Assembly: GCF_036588685.1 (NCBI RefSeq) | Contig: NC_086373.1 | Coordinates: 20,460,001 to 20,524,000 of the forward strand | Source: Mytilus trossulus | Lineage: Eukaryota | Length of the DNA stretch: 64,000 bases | Direction of reading: 5' to 3' | Shown: positions 27,512 through 40,300 of the stretch, in pieces | Layout of the letters: each line of letters opens with the position of its first letter | Position numbering within the stretch: position 1 is the first letter of the stretch | Translations under genes and position numbers: made by a program | The notes under the pieces: model-generated | Told to the model about the DNA's origin: nothing | The model's database searches: none | The model's input: only the letters and a program-made list of their open reading frames with translations

Positions 27512-29910
27512 CTGTTCAAAACAAATTCCATTTATCTGTCAGATTTTGTCACTGTCTTAGTCAAACACTACATCTGTCACAGACGGTTTTCAAACATACG
27601 ACTTGATGATGTAACTACAGTGTACTAATTATATCACTGGATTCGATGCTGAATTCTGTATTTGTTAAGTACTTATCATATCTGCCATGCTAGTTGAATC
27701 CATTTTGAACTAAATAATCCGAATATACTGCAACGTTTACGAAAACAGAGGGTCATTTGTACTTTTGGACTCTTTCCTTACATACAATATATAAATCAAT
27801 AACTATTATGTTAGAATAAACTCATTCATAATTTGTCACTGTGGTAAGATATTTTTTCGTTTCATTGCCGTTTAGTTTGTACTTAAAGGTTAAATATTTG
27901 TCTACCAAAAGTCCTATCTCCTGTCGATAACTAGATTTTGGCATTGCAAGACAAAATGCAATTTCTAGATTGCTTATGACGTCTTAACCTAAATCTGTTG
28001 GAGGTTTACTGGTTGGTGTTTTAGTCTGAAAAGTATTTATATAGCTTTCAGTATCTTAAAAACTGAACACTATCAGATCGATACGTTATGATTTGAATAG
28101 AAAAACCAAGGATATTGGGTATGCATGATCCATGACACAAAATCAAACATGCACAACTAAAACCACACAAAAAGCAAAGGAACAGAGACAATGTTGCTGT
28201 TTTTCATCTCAAAGTCACAGTACCCTCAACACGAAGAAAAAGCATCTCTCACTTCATTATTGTTGGTATCTTTCTTCTATATATTGTGTATTATGTATAT
28301 CAATCTGACGAGTCATGTTCATCGACATTTTTTTAAAGTTTGTTCTTATTCTATATTGTTACACCATTGTCCACGTGGTTAATGAAATTTTGAGCGCTCA
28401 CAAACCTGTTTAACCCTTGCACGTTCTTTAAGTGCATGTCTACCAGGAGCATGTAATCGTTTTTTGTTGTCTGATATATAACTTATTTTCGTTAATTGTA
28501 ATATTAATTTGCTCGTTAAGTTTTCTATAAGTCTCTTGTACCTTACTTCTAGTAGACGGTGTTTGTTTTACTCATTGCTAAACATTATGATTACACTTAA
28601 TTCCTCATTCATAATTGTCTTATTGCCATCACATCAAAATCTCTAAATGTTCATAAATCCTGAATGATCAACTGTTTTTGGTCGTTTTCACTATTGTAGA
28701 TATAGGAAGTTGTGGTACGGAGTGTCAATACCATTTGGACAACTCTCCATCAAAGTAACAATTTATAAAAGTAAACCATTATAGGTAAAGGTACGGCCTT
28801 CAAAACGGAGCCTTGGATCACACCGAACAGCAAGCTTTAAAGGGCTCCAAAAATTACAAGTGTTAAACCATTCAAACGAGAAAAACAGCGGTCTATATAA
28901 AAACGAGAAACGAGAAACACTTGTGAACCACAAAAACAGACGACAACCACTGAACATCAGATTGTTTGTTTTGTTCACTCATCGTTGTTAATATAATGGA
29001 ATTTGATGCGACGGTCATACAAGTGAGAAGTTTAGTTAGCTGTAAAACCAGGTTCAGTACACCAATTTGTCTACCTTTGAAAATGCCTGTACCAAGTCTG
29101 GAATATGACAGTTGTTATTCATTCGTTTAATTTGGTGTGTTTGAGATTTTGATTTTACCATTTGCTTATGGACTTTCTGTTTTGAATCAGTTTCCTCGGT
29201 TTTACTTGTAAAAATCAACAAATGATACGGATCCCTGAATTTACACCATGATATGTACCACATAGGGATTTGATTAATCTCTTCAGCACCTGCGATCACC
29301 CTAGTTTTTTATGGGGTCCGTATAACTTAAGTCTAGTTTTTCTGTGTAGTGTTTTGTAAACATTTCATTTAGTTGGTTTTTTTTTGCGATGGCATTGTCA
29401 CCTTCTCTCCAACTTATGAATTTGAAAGCTCTTCTTTTTCCTTCTTTAACAACAGTTTGATAGGCTGACCCTCCTCGACAAATTATTGCCCCCTGAAAAT
29501 TAGTTGACCCTGTATATTCCTATTTAGTGTTAACTGTCCCTTTGTATCTGCTGCGTTCATTGTATAAGCTTTTCGTGATGTTAACCCTGTTGTTCCAAAT
29601 CGGAGATTGTAAAAAAATTGACGATCAAATGATATAAATGATGTGAATTAAAATAACGATTTAATGAAATTTTACGTTTGTCCTACAAGAAAGTGATATG
29701 AAATAATGAAATAATCTAATACACGTTTTTAAATAAAGTACAGAATTTATGATTCTAAATGACCACCAAATTAAAAAAAAAATGGTTGTCACATTGAAGT
29801 GTTAAAATGAATAAAAATTCAATGATTCCTTCTGAAAATAATGTCACATAACGAAGCAATCGTATTACGTAGAATGTTTATGTTTTATTCAAATCACAAC
29901 CGGTGTTGTA

Positions 29911-31324
29911 TCAGACCTGATTTAAATGTCTGTGAATCCAAAGCCGGATTCTTGTTAGATATGATTTATCTACAGCATCACGTTGGTGTTGAGATGTATC
30001 TTCGATACTGTCGTCTGTAGCTTCGTGAAGATCTAGCCTGCAGCAGTTAGTTTCACAGAAGGTCTGGATAACGATTCCTAATAAGATAACCATAAGAAGA
30101 CATCCGAGACCTGTGCCAATAATAACACCAACTAACCTAAAAAAAAAATAATAAAGAATTTCCTTTATTGTATCATATAGGCTCAAAGGGATCCTTATTT
30201 TTCACGATATCACAGTAGCATGGGTTCGAATCCAGGCGAGGGAAGAACCAATAATTTGCGAAAGCTTTACAGATCTAACATTGTTGGGTTGATGTTTAGA
30301 CGAGTTGTATATAAATGTATAGACATTTTATGAAGTTATAAAGGCATACTCATTGAGAACTTAAGCATGTATCAGTGGTTTGATTGAAAGTAAATGATGG
30401 GAAAATTATTTTTCTAAACTGAAAATGACTCATAAGAATGAGGATCGCTTGATAATGTAGTGATATGAACCATCCCGTCCACAGGTGCTTGGGGGCATGT
30501 ACTGATGTAGGATTTTTTTTATCTTTACTGGTGTTTTCATGTGGATAGGAGCAGAAACACACAAAATAAGTAAATATAAGTTGACACATCAATAAATATG
30601 TTATATATAGAAAAAACACAAAAAAAGGGGAACCGAAAAAGGGTGGACATGCCCCCAAGGACCTGGTGTCCAACACCTCTTTAAACAAATTGTGAACGAA
30701 GGAAAATATTTTAATTACTTTAATGCTAGCACCTGATTGTTAATTTCATTTACTACGACACTGCGCAGTGGTACGGGAAAGAACTCTGATGAAGGTCATT
30801 CTTATTACCCAAAAATTAAAATGTTTCCTTACAAACGCGAAGAGACAACAGAATAATTTGTCGTCGGACCGTTTGTTTCTGGTTTGTACCTCTCATATAT
30901 CGTTGGTTTTGATTGTAGCCTGTAGGAAGAATAAACAGGGCCAGTTTTATTCCACTTAACTCAGTTCAGTTTTTAAAAACATACAGAAATGAATTATTCC
31001 TTATCCCCTGTACAGTTTTACCTTATTTGCTCGCCCATGTCAACAGTGAAAGGGAGATAAATCGTTGTGAGGGGCTTGTCAAATTAAGTATATCAAATTT
31101 CAGACTTTATCAGTAACACAGATTTTTTTGATTTTTTTATAAAACTTTATAACACAGCATAAGATCACACAAACTAATAATCATAAAAAATAATAATCTT
31201 TATTAACGTAAAGCATCATCTATTTTTTTCCCGTTGTGAACGTAAGCATTATCCAAATTTTATAAATGCTATTAATAATAAACATGATCACATATATGCG
31301 TTACCACACGCTCAGGAAAGTCAT
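29911..31324 (-). CDS. Paralog D: short ectodomain-less, PY-less member of the array, ~81 aa
   Basis: TM exon 30136-29911 follows a poly-T/AG acceptor (phase 2 in, like the other paralogs) and reads LVGVIIGTGLGCLLMVILLGIVIQTFCETNCC...LNQV*. A minus-strand AATAAA lies at ~29884-29889. The candidate first exon 31324-31305 (aaaATG MTFLSV, phase 2) is less certain. Confidence 0.62.
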
Positions 31325-31649
31325 TTTGAATTAGCTTTGACGCCTTCCTACAATGATTTTTTTTATATAAAAATACAAATAAAGCTAGACAAAGTGATGC
31401 CCGGCCGTCCCACACTCCTATCTGAAGCAACTGTATTTTACCAAAGCCGCTAATGTTGGACTTTCTTTGAGATATTATTCTGTCAGGGATACACAAATAA
31501 TGCCACCGCAGATGCAAAGTGTTATTTATAAAATACACCAAGTTGAGCAGCAGGAAAGGGGGGGGGGGGTTATCCGGAAACGCTATGCATTTCTAACGCA
31601 AACATATGACCGCAAAAGTTCAACTATCTCCCATAAGAGCAAAAATTGA

Positions 31650-32292
31650 TATAACGTGACGGTACCCAAATTGCACCTATTTTGACAGTTTTTTCACCTA
31701 CGTTTTTTTAAGATCAAGAAAAAAATGTCCACACAGTGTTTATTTTATAGCCCTATCCTTCTTTATTGTATAGGTACACCAAGTTGATTTTTTTTTTATC
31801 CATATTGAGTCATAAAATACAGGGTTTGAATCAACCTCCAAACTATCCATGGTTCTGTAATGAGGAGTACCCAAATTGCATCCATGCTTAAATTCACATC
31901 GTCAAAAGTCTAAAAACCGAGCTTTTGTTTAATTTCTTCAAATATTTTAAACAATTGGATATAAGTCCATGCTTACTCTTCATATTTTACAAAATAGATA
32001 CTTAACATATATTGTATTTGCTAATTTTAAAAAGATGACGTTTTGATGACGTCGCATGGTGACGTTTTCGTACATTTTGCTTTTTCTGTAAACAGTCCAT
32101 CTGTTGATAAGTAATGTGAACGTTTTGTGTATATCTAAATATGTTTACCTATGTTGAGAGACGTGCATTGTATCAAATCATAAAAATACAAAATTGTTTA
32201 GTCTAGGAAATCTTGTAAGATTTCCGTTACTATTTTTTTCTAAATAGGTGCAATTTGGGTACTCGGTGCAATTTGTGTACCCTTACGTTATA
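31650..32292. mobile_element. Non-autonomous DNA transposon (MITE; TA-flanked, Tc1/pogo-like)
   Basis: TIRs TATAACGTGACGGTACCCAAATTGCACC / GGTGCAATTTGTGTACCCTTACGTTATA, with additional internal copies of GTACCCAAATTGCA. Confidence 0.72.
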
Positions 32293-32905
32293 TTTATAAA
32301 TACCTTCAATATATGTACAAACAAAAGTGTGTACACCATATCTGGATTTCGACAATTAATGGCTTTTCAGTGATGTTAGGGATCGAAACGGAATTTGGGA
32401 GGCCATATATTAATTAACTTCAATTAAGGATAGACTCTTAAATTTTTAAGAGTGGAAATAGCATAGAGGCGGATCATATTAACCCAAAGGAAAAATAATA
32501 CAAGCCCAAACGAAAAAATATAGTCTAAATTGAAAACAACGTTATGAATGCGTTGCATAAAAACCTCAATTTTATACGTGTGTATGTAAAACAAATTTAC
32601 TGGTAGAGAGGTCTAAATACAGCACAAACAATATTTTCCGAAAGACACAAAAAGTGAAAAGAATATTTTAAACAAACGCAATTGACTAACAGGTCAAACA
32701 ATTGATGTTCTTAAACCCTGCTGACTGCTATTAACGATTGCCAAATGAATTGATCACAAGATCTTAATTATCACTTTAATACTTAACAGAAAACAGTAAA
32801 CTTGCGAAGAAGATAGTATACCGCAAACATGAGCTGAAAAAAATTGTACACCATATCCGGATTTCGACAATTAATGTCTCTTCAGTGATGTTAGGTATCG
32901 AAACT

Positions 32906-33184
32906 TAACCAATTCGAATTAGTTTTAATTCGCACCATAACGTCGTAACGACAATTCGAATTCGAATTGCAATGCGCGTCAAATTCGCTTTACTGTCCAA
33001 ACGACGCTAACTTTTAATTTGTATTATTCACAAAAGCGTATTTTTAATGCAAATTGGAAAATTCGAATTAGCCAATTCGAATCAATTCGAATTAAAGAAG
33101 AAGAGTGTGTGAACGCAATAAGCGAATTCGATTCGCATTCGATTCAAATTCAATTCGAATTAAATGTCCGTGTGAACAAGGCAT
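32906..33184. mobile_element. Truncated Harbinger-like MITE fragment rich in TTCGAA/GAATTC palindromes, inserted in the second copy of a local duplication
   Basis: Ends in GTGTGAACAAGGC (reverse complement GCCTTGTTCACAC). It interrupts sequence that is contiguous in the copy at ~32330-32515. Confidence 0.5.
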
Positions 33185-34357
33185 CAATTTAGGATAGGCT
33201 CTTGGATTTCAATGAGTCGAAAAAGGATAAACGGACCATATAAACACAAAGGAAATTATAATATAATCCCAATCGAATATATATATATTTAACAATGCGG
33301 TGTCTTCTCCTCGGAATGGAAATGATGCAGGAGCGTAATAACCTCTTTTTGCAATTGGAGTTACGGTTTTTAGGAAACTGTACTTTTTACCACAAAATCA
33401 TTACAATAACTTTATTTCCAAAAAATCACGTTTAGTCAATTCAAGTTACTAGTATACGGCATCACTAAATATCGGTTTTTAAAAGACACTTATCTAACCC
33501 TAAGACTTCATAAAATTAGTTCAACCATCGGTCAAGCCAATTTTCTAATCATCCTGAAACTTGAACGAATATGAAATTTTTAAGACGAAGGATATGCATG
33601 AATAACACATGCATTGAAAAAAAGGAAAAGCACAAAGTAAAACAAGGAAAGGATATGCATATCCTACTCCGCATGTGGCACCCTTCATGATACTCTTGAA
33701 AAATTTGGTGATGTTACAATAGAGGAAAAGGGGACGGAATTATGGTTAGAGTAAATCGGAACGTACCAGTGGTCATCTGAGAAAGTATAGATAATCTAAA
33801 ATGGCGACTAATTCACAACCAATTCTTTTTTCAAAATTTAGATTGTTTATCAGTTAAAATCCTTGGGTTTACAATAGCTTACTTGTAATTAAATATTAGG
33901 AAAGGAATAGTTTGTAATACTTTGATTGGAACTGATATATATTCTATATGGAGGCACTGCTAGAATGGGACTTCAAAGAAAAGAAAAGATCACAATTTGA
34001 AAGCTGAAATAATCCCATTTCTCGTAAAGGTTTGTTCAACGTGCTATCATTTTCAATTTCTATATATAAGTCTCGATAAGAGACGGACTAAAATGTATCT
34101 GGCGTATCCATTAGTTCAAGTTCGATTGAACAGAAATGAGATGCGTTTAACATAGTCACCTAACTTTGAAATATTTAGCAGGAGCTTTGGTTTCACATTT
34201 GAGGTTGTAGCTATCACCGGTGTTTTCAATTTATTACTTGGTTAACTTTCATAAAAAATTAATTTCGGTGCAGCGCAGTTTTGATTTATTCAACAAAAAC
34301 ATTTAAAAAAAATGATAATTTGTTCGAATATCTAGTGAAATTATTCAAATTAGACTT

Positions 34358-37300
34358 TTATCTATTATAGTTTCCAAAGTTTGTTGTTGTCAGGAAAGGA
34401 TTGGCTGATTCTGAGTTGTGTCTGTCAGGCATTGGAGCAGATGGTGTCTGGAAAACGTTTGTTCCCATTGGAAGTGTTTGATTCTGACTTTCGTAGTATG
34501 CTGGTGGTGGAGGAAATTGGTTTGCTGGTACATAAAATTGATGGTTCATTGGCTGCATTTCTAAAAATAAAAATAATGGTGAAATTTTATAGATATTGGT
34601 ATTGTTGAATTCTTATGTTGATCTTAAATAGAGGTGTTTTTTTTTGTGGTGTTTGGTATATAATTCTGTTACTATTTCATTTCAATACTTAGTATACTCA
34701 ACATCTTTTTTAATTCATATATATTCTTAGGCAACTTGAATCATTCTTACTAAAAGGTAATGCACTTTACTTTACATATATTTTATTCTTTTTATTAATT
34801 TTCTTATAATACATTACTGTTAATGTTGTTTGTTTCGTCTATGGATGATGATTCTAATATGACTTGCTTCTTTTGCTTTATGAACAATCACATGCTCTAA
34901 ATCCATTAAAGTTTGTTTCAGTGCATGCGTATATTGACTTCTACGAGAATAATGAATTTTTTTTCAAATTGGTATGCATTTAATATCTCCAATCACTTAA
35001 ACACTTCTAAACTCTAATATAATGCACAGGTTGTTACTAATTCATTTATCATGACTGTCATGTTGCAATTCGAAATTGACATATTTCACCTAGATACGAC
35101 AACCGTGCATGCCGGCTGTTCAAAACTCCTTCCTCTGAAAAATCACATTGCCAGTCGTTTGCTTGTTTGCAAACAAAAAGGGAAGGTTCATGGAAGAGTC
35201 TTCACAAACGCACTACACTTAATATGCACATCGGACATAGAAATAACCTTAATTTTCCTAATCAAAATCGAAATAGTTGATGCAAGCTATACTTTATTGT
35301 AGTTTTAACATGGGTAAGCATTACATTCGCATTATATGCGTGATTATTTTAGCCCTCACTATAGCTCGGGCAAAAATAATCACGCATATAATGCCTACCC
35401 ATGTTACAACTACAATAAAGTATTACAGCTTGCATTAAATATTTGTTAATTTGGACATTTGGTTATTATTATTTTTTCAGAGTGCACACTTAAAGATCAA
35501 AGAACTTAATTAGAACTATTTTCAAGATAAAAACTTTTGATAGCTTTTTTCGGAAGCTTTTCCCTGTATTTCTAGATGGGCTAGCACTTTTGTCTTCTCG
35601 AAATATATATTCGAAAATTCTGTAACCGATTAGTAATCACATGAAAATACAAACTCTAATGCGGGGTTCACACATTGCCGATTATTGCTCCCGTTTGAGG
35701 TCAGACAGCAATACGACACGAAAAGTTAAAAAGTCGGATTAGTATCCTTAATTATCTGGAATGTCCTATCTTTGTCTGAACACAGTCGTTTTAGTTCGTA
35801 ACAGATTCTTACGGGTCGGGAAGGGTCCGAATAGTTCGGCAAAGCACCCCGACAGTTAGGTGCGTCCCGTAACATTCGGGACAGCTCAGACGATTTTGTC
35901 TAGTCGGATTACAATCGTGGCTATGTCGTGACAGATTCTGCTGTATCGGATCGAATTCCGAACAATGTCTTGTGTATTCTGGACGGTGTCTTGTGGAACG
36001 GGAATGATCTTGAGTAATTTTTCATAGTTGTTTTTATGACGATTGAGTCCAGATTGCATCCAAATCTTGTCGATTGCGAACCGTTTTTTGCCGAAACCGT
36101 TCCGAAACAGTCCCGTTATTAATACGAAATTAATCAATGATACCCACGTCAGAGTCCCGACAATTACAGAATACAATACGACTGAGACCAGACAAAGCCG
36201 TTTGCAATGCGATAGAGCGGACCGTGATAGGATTACGTTCCGACAGTACCTGATCATCCCGAATATGCCGACAGTTTTCTAACGGATATCTTCCGTCAGC
36301 GTCGGTTCACTGTCTGGTCACTGTCTGATCTTTGTCGGATTACGTTCGGTAGAGTCGGGACGAAGTCGTGACATAATCGGTCGAATTTTACCTGGCGAAA
36401 AATACAAATTGGGTTAGAAGCGGATTCAGAACGGGATTATCGGGACTTATTCGCTTAGAAACGGTTGAATATCGTCGCTTCCTGAACACTATCTGATTGT
36501 TGTCGTGATCAAATTATTTTCTTTTACAAATTTTGATTTTAGTTTTAATTTCCTTCCACGATTCACAGGATCTTGATCAGACTTTTGATAAATTTTAATC
36601 GGGAATGGTCCTGTCGAGGACGGTAGTAAAAATCGTGAATGTGTGACCCCAGCTTAAGTGGAAATACTTTACCTATCTACTTAGTATCATAACGTAAAGA
36701 TTTTGGGGTTTACAGTTGTTTTTCTTGTGAGCTTGTAAGTTGTAACAAACGACCAAACTAACCCCACCGCGACGTTTACAATTGGCAACTGATAGTAGTA
36801 ATTTTGTTAATCATTCGTACATGTATACATTTTAAAAGTGTTTATCTTTTTTCCACAACGGTTGATTTGTTTATATGGATTTGATCTATTTTTTTTGGTA
36901 AGGATTGACCTTTAGTTTTGATGTTGGCTTTTATATCAGGTGTATTGAAGAGACAATGTTACAAAATCTAAATCATCTAATACAATAGTGGGTAGTTATA
37001 CTAGTATATTAGAAAGATTCATAAATTTTATATACAAAAAAAAAAAAAATCACACAAATACTGAACTCGGAGGAGAATCCAATCGGAAAGTCCATAATCA
37101 TATGGCAAAATCAAATGACGAAACACATCAAAAACGAATGGACAAGAACTGTCATATCCTTGACTTAGTACAGGCATTTTCAAATATACAAAGTTCACAA
37201 AAATAGGAGTTGTTACCTATACAAAAGTCAAAGTGTCGTCACTTCTGGCAATGTTGTTCTAAAATGTCCACATAATATAATCACATTCGTTTATCAATAT

Positions 37301-40300
37301 AATTTGAATTTTTGTTGAGATTCAGTAATCTCATTCTTAATGTTGTAGGCAGCATTGCATTGCTCTTAGTATTCATATTCCTTAAACTTACGAGGATATC
37401 CCGGATGTGCTGCTACCACTGCGATATTATTGCTTGGGACACTGGTTACAGATCGGTGTGATCGTTTGCTGAAACAAAAAGCACCACACATGGCGACTAT
37501 GAAAGTAATCGTTATTCCTATGACAAATAGACCACCAATCACAATACCAACAATCGCACCAATTGATCTGAAAAAAAATTGTTAAATCATTATCTTGTTG
37601 GCATTTGTAATTATTCCGATACCATATTGGATATTTTTAACTTCCGGGTAACTAACCAAAAACCGAGAAAGCACATCAACTACAAGAGGAAAACAAAGGA
37701 ACAACAGGAACACTGAAGTACAACAAAAACAAACGCCAACTTACATAGAAACGAACTATTTTGTGATTTTACTTTTTGATAACAGCTGCCATATTCCTGA
37801 CGTGATACAAAATGGTTAACTTGAACTTGATTTTATGCTAGCCAAACCTCCCGCATATATGGCAATGTTAAAAATATCACTTAACTGACAACGCTACATG
37901 ACAGAAATACTGCGCAAACACATGCAAGAACAGAGAAACATTTTGTCATCGTATATGACATTTAGTTGCTATCATAAGTGGGTCTTGAAACAACAATGTT
38001 TTCTTGACAAAGTAAATACTACAAGATTAAAAAGTCTAGTTACTGGATGGAAAGTCTTGACAAAGTAAATACTACAAGATTAAAGTCTAGTTACTGGATG
38101 GAAAGTCTTGACAAAGTAAATACTACAAGATTAAAGTCTAGTTACTGGATGGAAAGTCTTGACAAAGTAAATACTACAAGATTAAAGTCCAGTTACTGGA
38201 TGGAAAGTCTTGACAAAGTAAATACTACAAGATTAAAGTCTAGTTACTGGATGGAAAGTCTTGACAAAGTAAATACTACAAGATTAAAGTCTAGTTACTG
38301 GATGGAAAGTCTTGACAAAGTAAAAACTACAAGATTAAAGTCTAGTTACTGGATGGAAAGTCTTGCCAAAGTAAATACTACAAGATTAAAGTCTAGTTAC
38401 TGGATGGAAAGTCTTGACAAAGAAAATACTACAAGATTAAAGTATAGTTACTGGATGGAAAGTGCGTGACAAAGTAAATACTACAAGATTAAAGTCTAGT
38501 TACTGGATGGAAAGTGCGTGACAAAGTAAATACTACAAGATTAAAGTCTAGTTACTGGATGGAAAGTCTTGACAAAGTAAATACTACAAGATTAAAGTCT
38601 AGTTACTGGATGGAAAGTCTTGACAAAGTAAATACTACAAGATTAAAGTCTAGTTACTGGATGGAAAGTGCGTGACAAAGTAAATACTACAAGATTAAAG
38701 TCTAGTTACTGGATGGAAAGTGCGTGACAAAGTAAATACTACAAGATTAAAGTCTAGTTACTGGATGGAAAGTCTTGACAAAGTAAATACTACAAGATTA
38801 AAGTCTAGTTACTGGATGGAAAGTGCGTGACAAAGTAAATACTACAAGATTAAAGTCTAGTTACTGGATGGAAAGTCTTGACAAAGTAAATACTACAAGA
38901 TTAAAGTCTAGTTACTGGATGGAAAGTCTTGACAAAGTAAATACTACGAGATTAAAGTATAGTTACTGGATGGAAAGTCTTGACAAAGTAAATACTACAA
39001 GATTAAAGTCTAGTTACTGGATGGAAAGTCTTGACAAAGTAAATACTACAAGATTAAAGTCTAGTTACTGGATGGAAAGTGCGTGACAAAGTAAATACTA
39101 CAAGATTAAAGTCTAGTTACTGGATGTAAAGTGCGTGACAAAGTAAATACTACAAGATTAAAGTCTAGTTACTGGATGGAAAGTCTTGACAAAGTAAATA
39201 CTACAAGATTAAAATCTAGTTACTGGATGGAAAGTGCGTGACAAAGTAAATACTACAAGATTAAAGTCTAGTTACTGGATGTAAAGTGCGTGACAAAGTA
39301 AATACTACAAGATTAAAGTCTAGTTACTGGATGGAAAGTGCGTGACAAAGTAAATACTACAAGATTAAAGTCTAGTTACTGGATGGAAAGTCTTGACAAA
39401 GTAAATACTACAAGATTAAAGTCTAGTTACTGGATGGAAAGTGCGTGACAAAGTAAATACTACAAGATTAAAGTCTAGTTACTGGATGGAAAATGCGTGA
39501 CAAAGTAAATACTACAAGATTAAAGTCTAGTTACTGGATGGAAAGTGCGTGACAAAGTAAATACTACAAGATTTAAGTCTAGTTACTGGATGGAAAGTGC
39601 GTGACAAAGTAAATACTACAAGATTAAAGTCTAGTTACTGGATGGAAAGTCTTGACAAAGTAAATACTACAAGATTAAAGTCTAGTTACTGGATGGAAAG
39701 TCTTGACAAAGTAAATACTACAAGATTAAAGTCTAGTTACTGGATGGAAAGTCTTGACAAAGTAAATACTACAAGATTAAAGTCTAGTTACTGGATGGAA
39801 AGTCTTGACAAAGTAAATACTACAAGATTAAAGTCTAGTTACTGGATGGAAAGTCTTGACAAAGTAAATACTACAAGATTAAAGTCTAGTTACTGGATGG
39901 AAAGTCTTGACAAAGTAAATACTACAAGATTAAAGTCTAGTTACTGGATGGAAAGTCTTGACAAAGTAAATACTATAAGATTAAAGTCTAGTTACTGGAT
40001 GGAAAGTCTTGACAAAGTAAATACTACAAGATTAAAGTCTAGTTACTGGATGGAAAGTGTGTTGATGTAATATCAAATATTATACAATTGACGGCTAACA
40101 CTTCTTCTATACGGTGGCAGAATGAGGCCATGCAAGAAATAGTTTTTAACTTGTTCCCACAACATAATATTTTGTACCCACAAGATAATATATTGTGCCC
40201 ACAAAAAAGTGTTCTTGTTCCCACGAGATAAAATATTGTGAGTACAAGATATTATCTTATGAGAACAATATACTATCTTGTTGGAACAAAATATTATGTT

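Noticed and set aside
27390-27705. Ser/Thr-rich minus-strand stretch after aaaATG, resembling a mucin-like exon
   Set aside because: The frame from the ATG stops after 12 codons and the alternative frames I followed also hit stops; paralog C already has a complete in-frame model.
35886-36282. 123-aa and 79-aa ORFs inside the Harbinger-like element
   Set aside because: No transposase or Myb-like motifs; ORFs of this length are expected by chance in the more GC-rich interior.
38003-40070. CRISPR array or repeat-protein ORFs (MESLDKVNTTRLKSSYW)n
   Set aside because: There are no unique spacers and the context is eukaryotic. The ORFs arise because 51 bp is a multiple of 3, and they break at each 52-bp unit.
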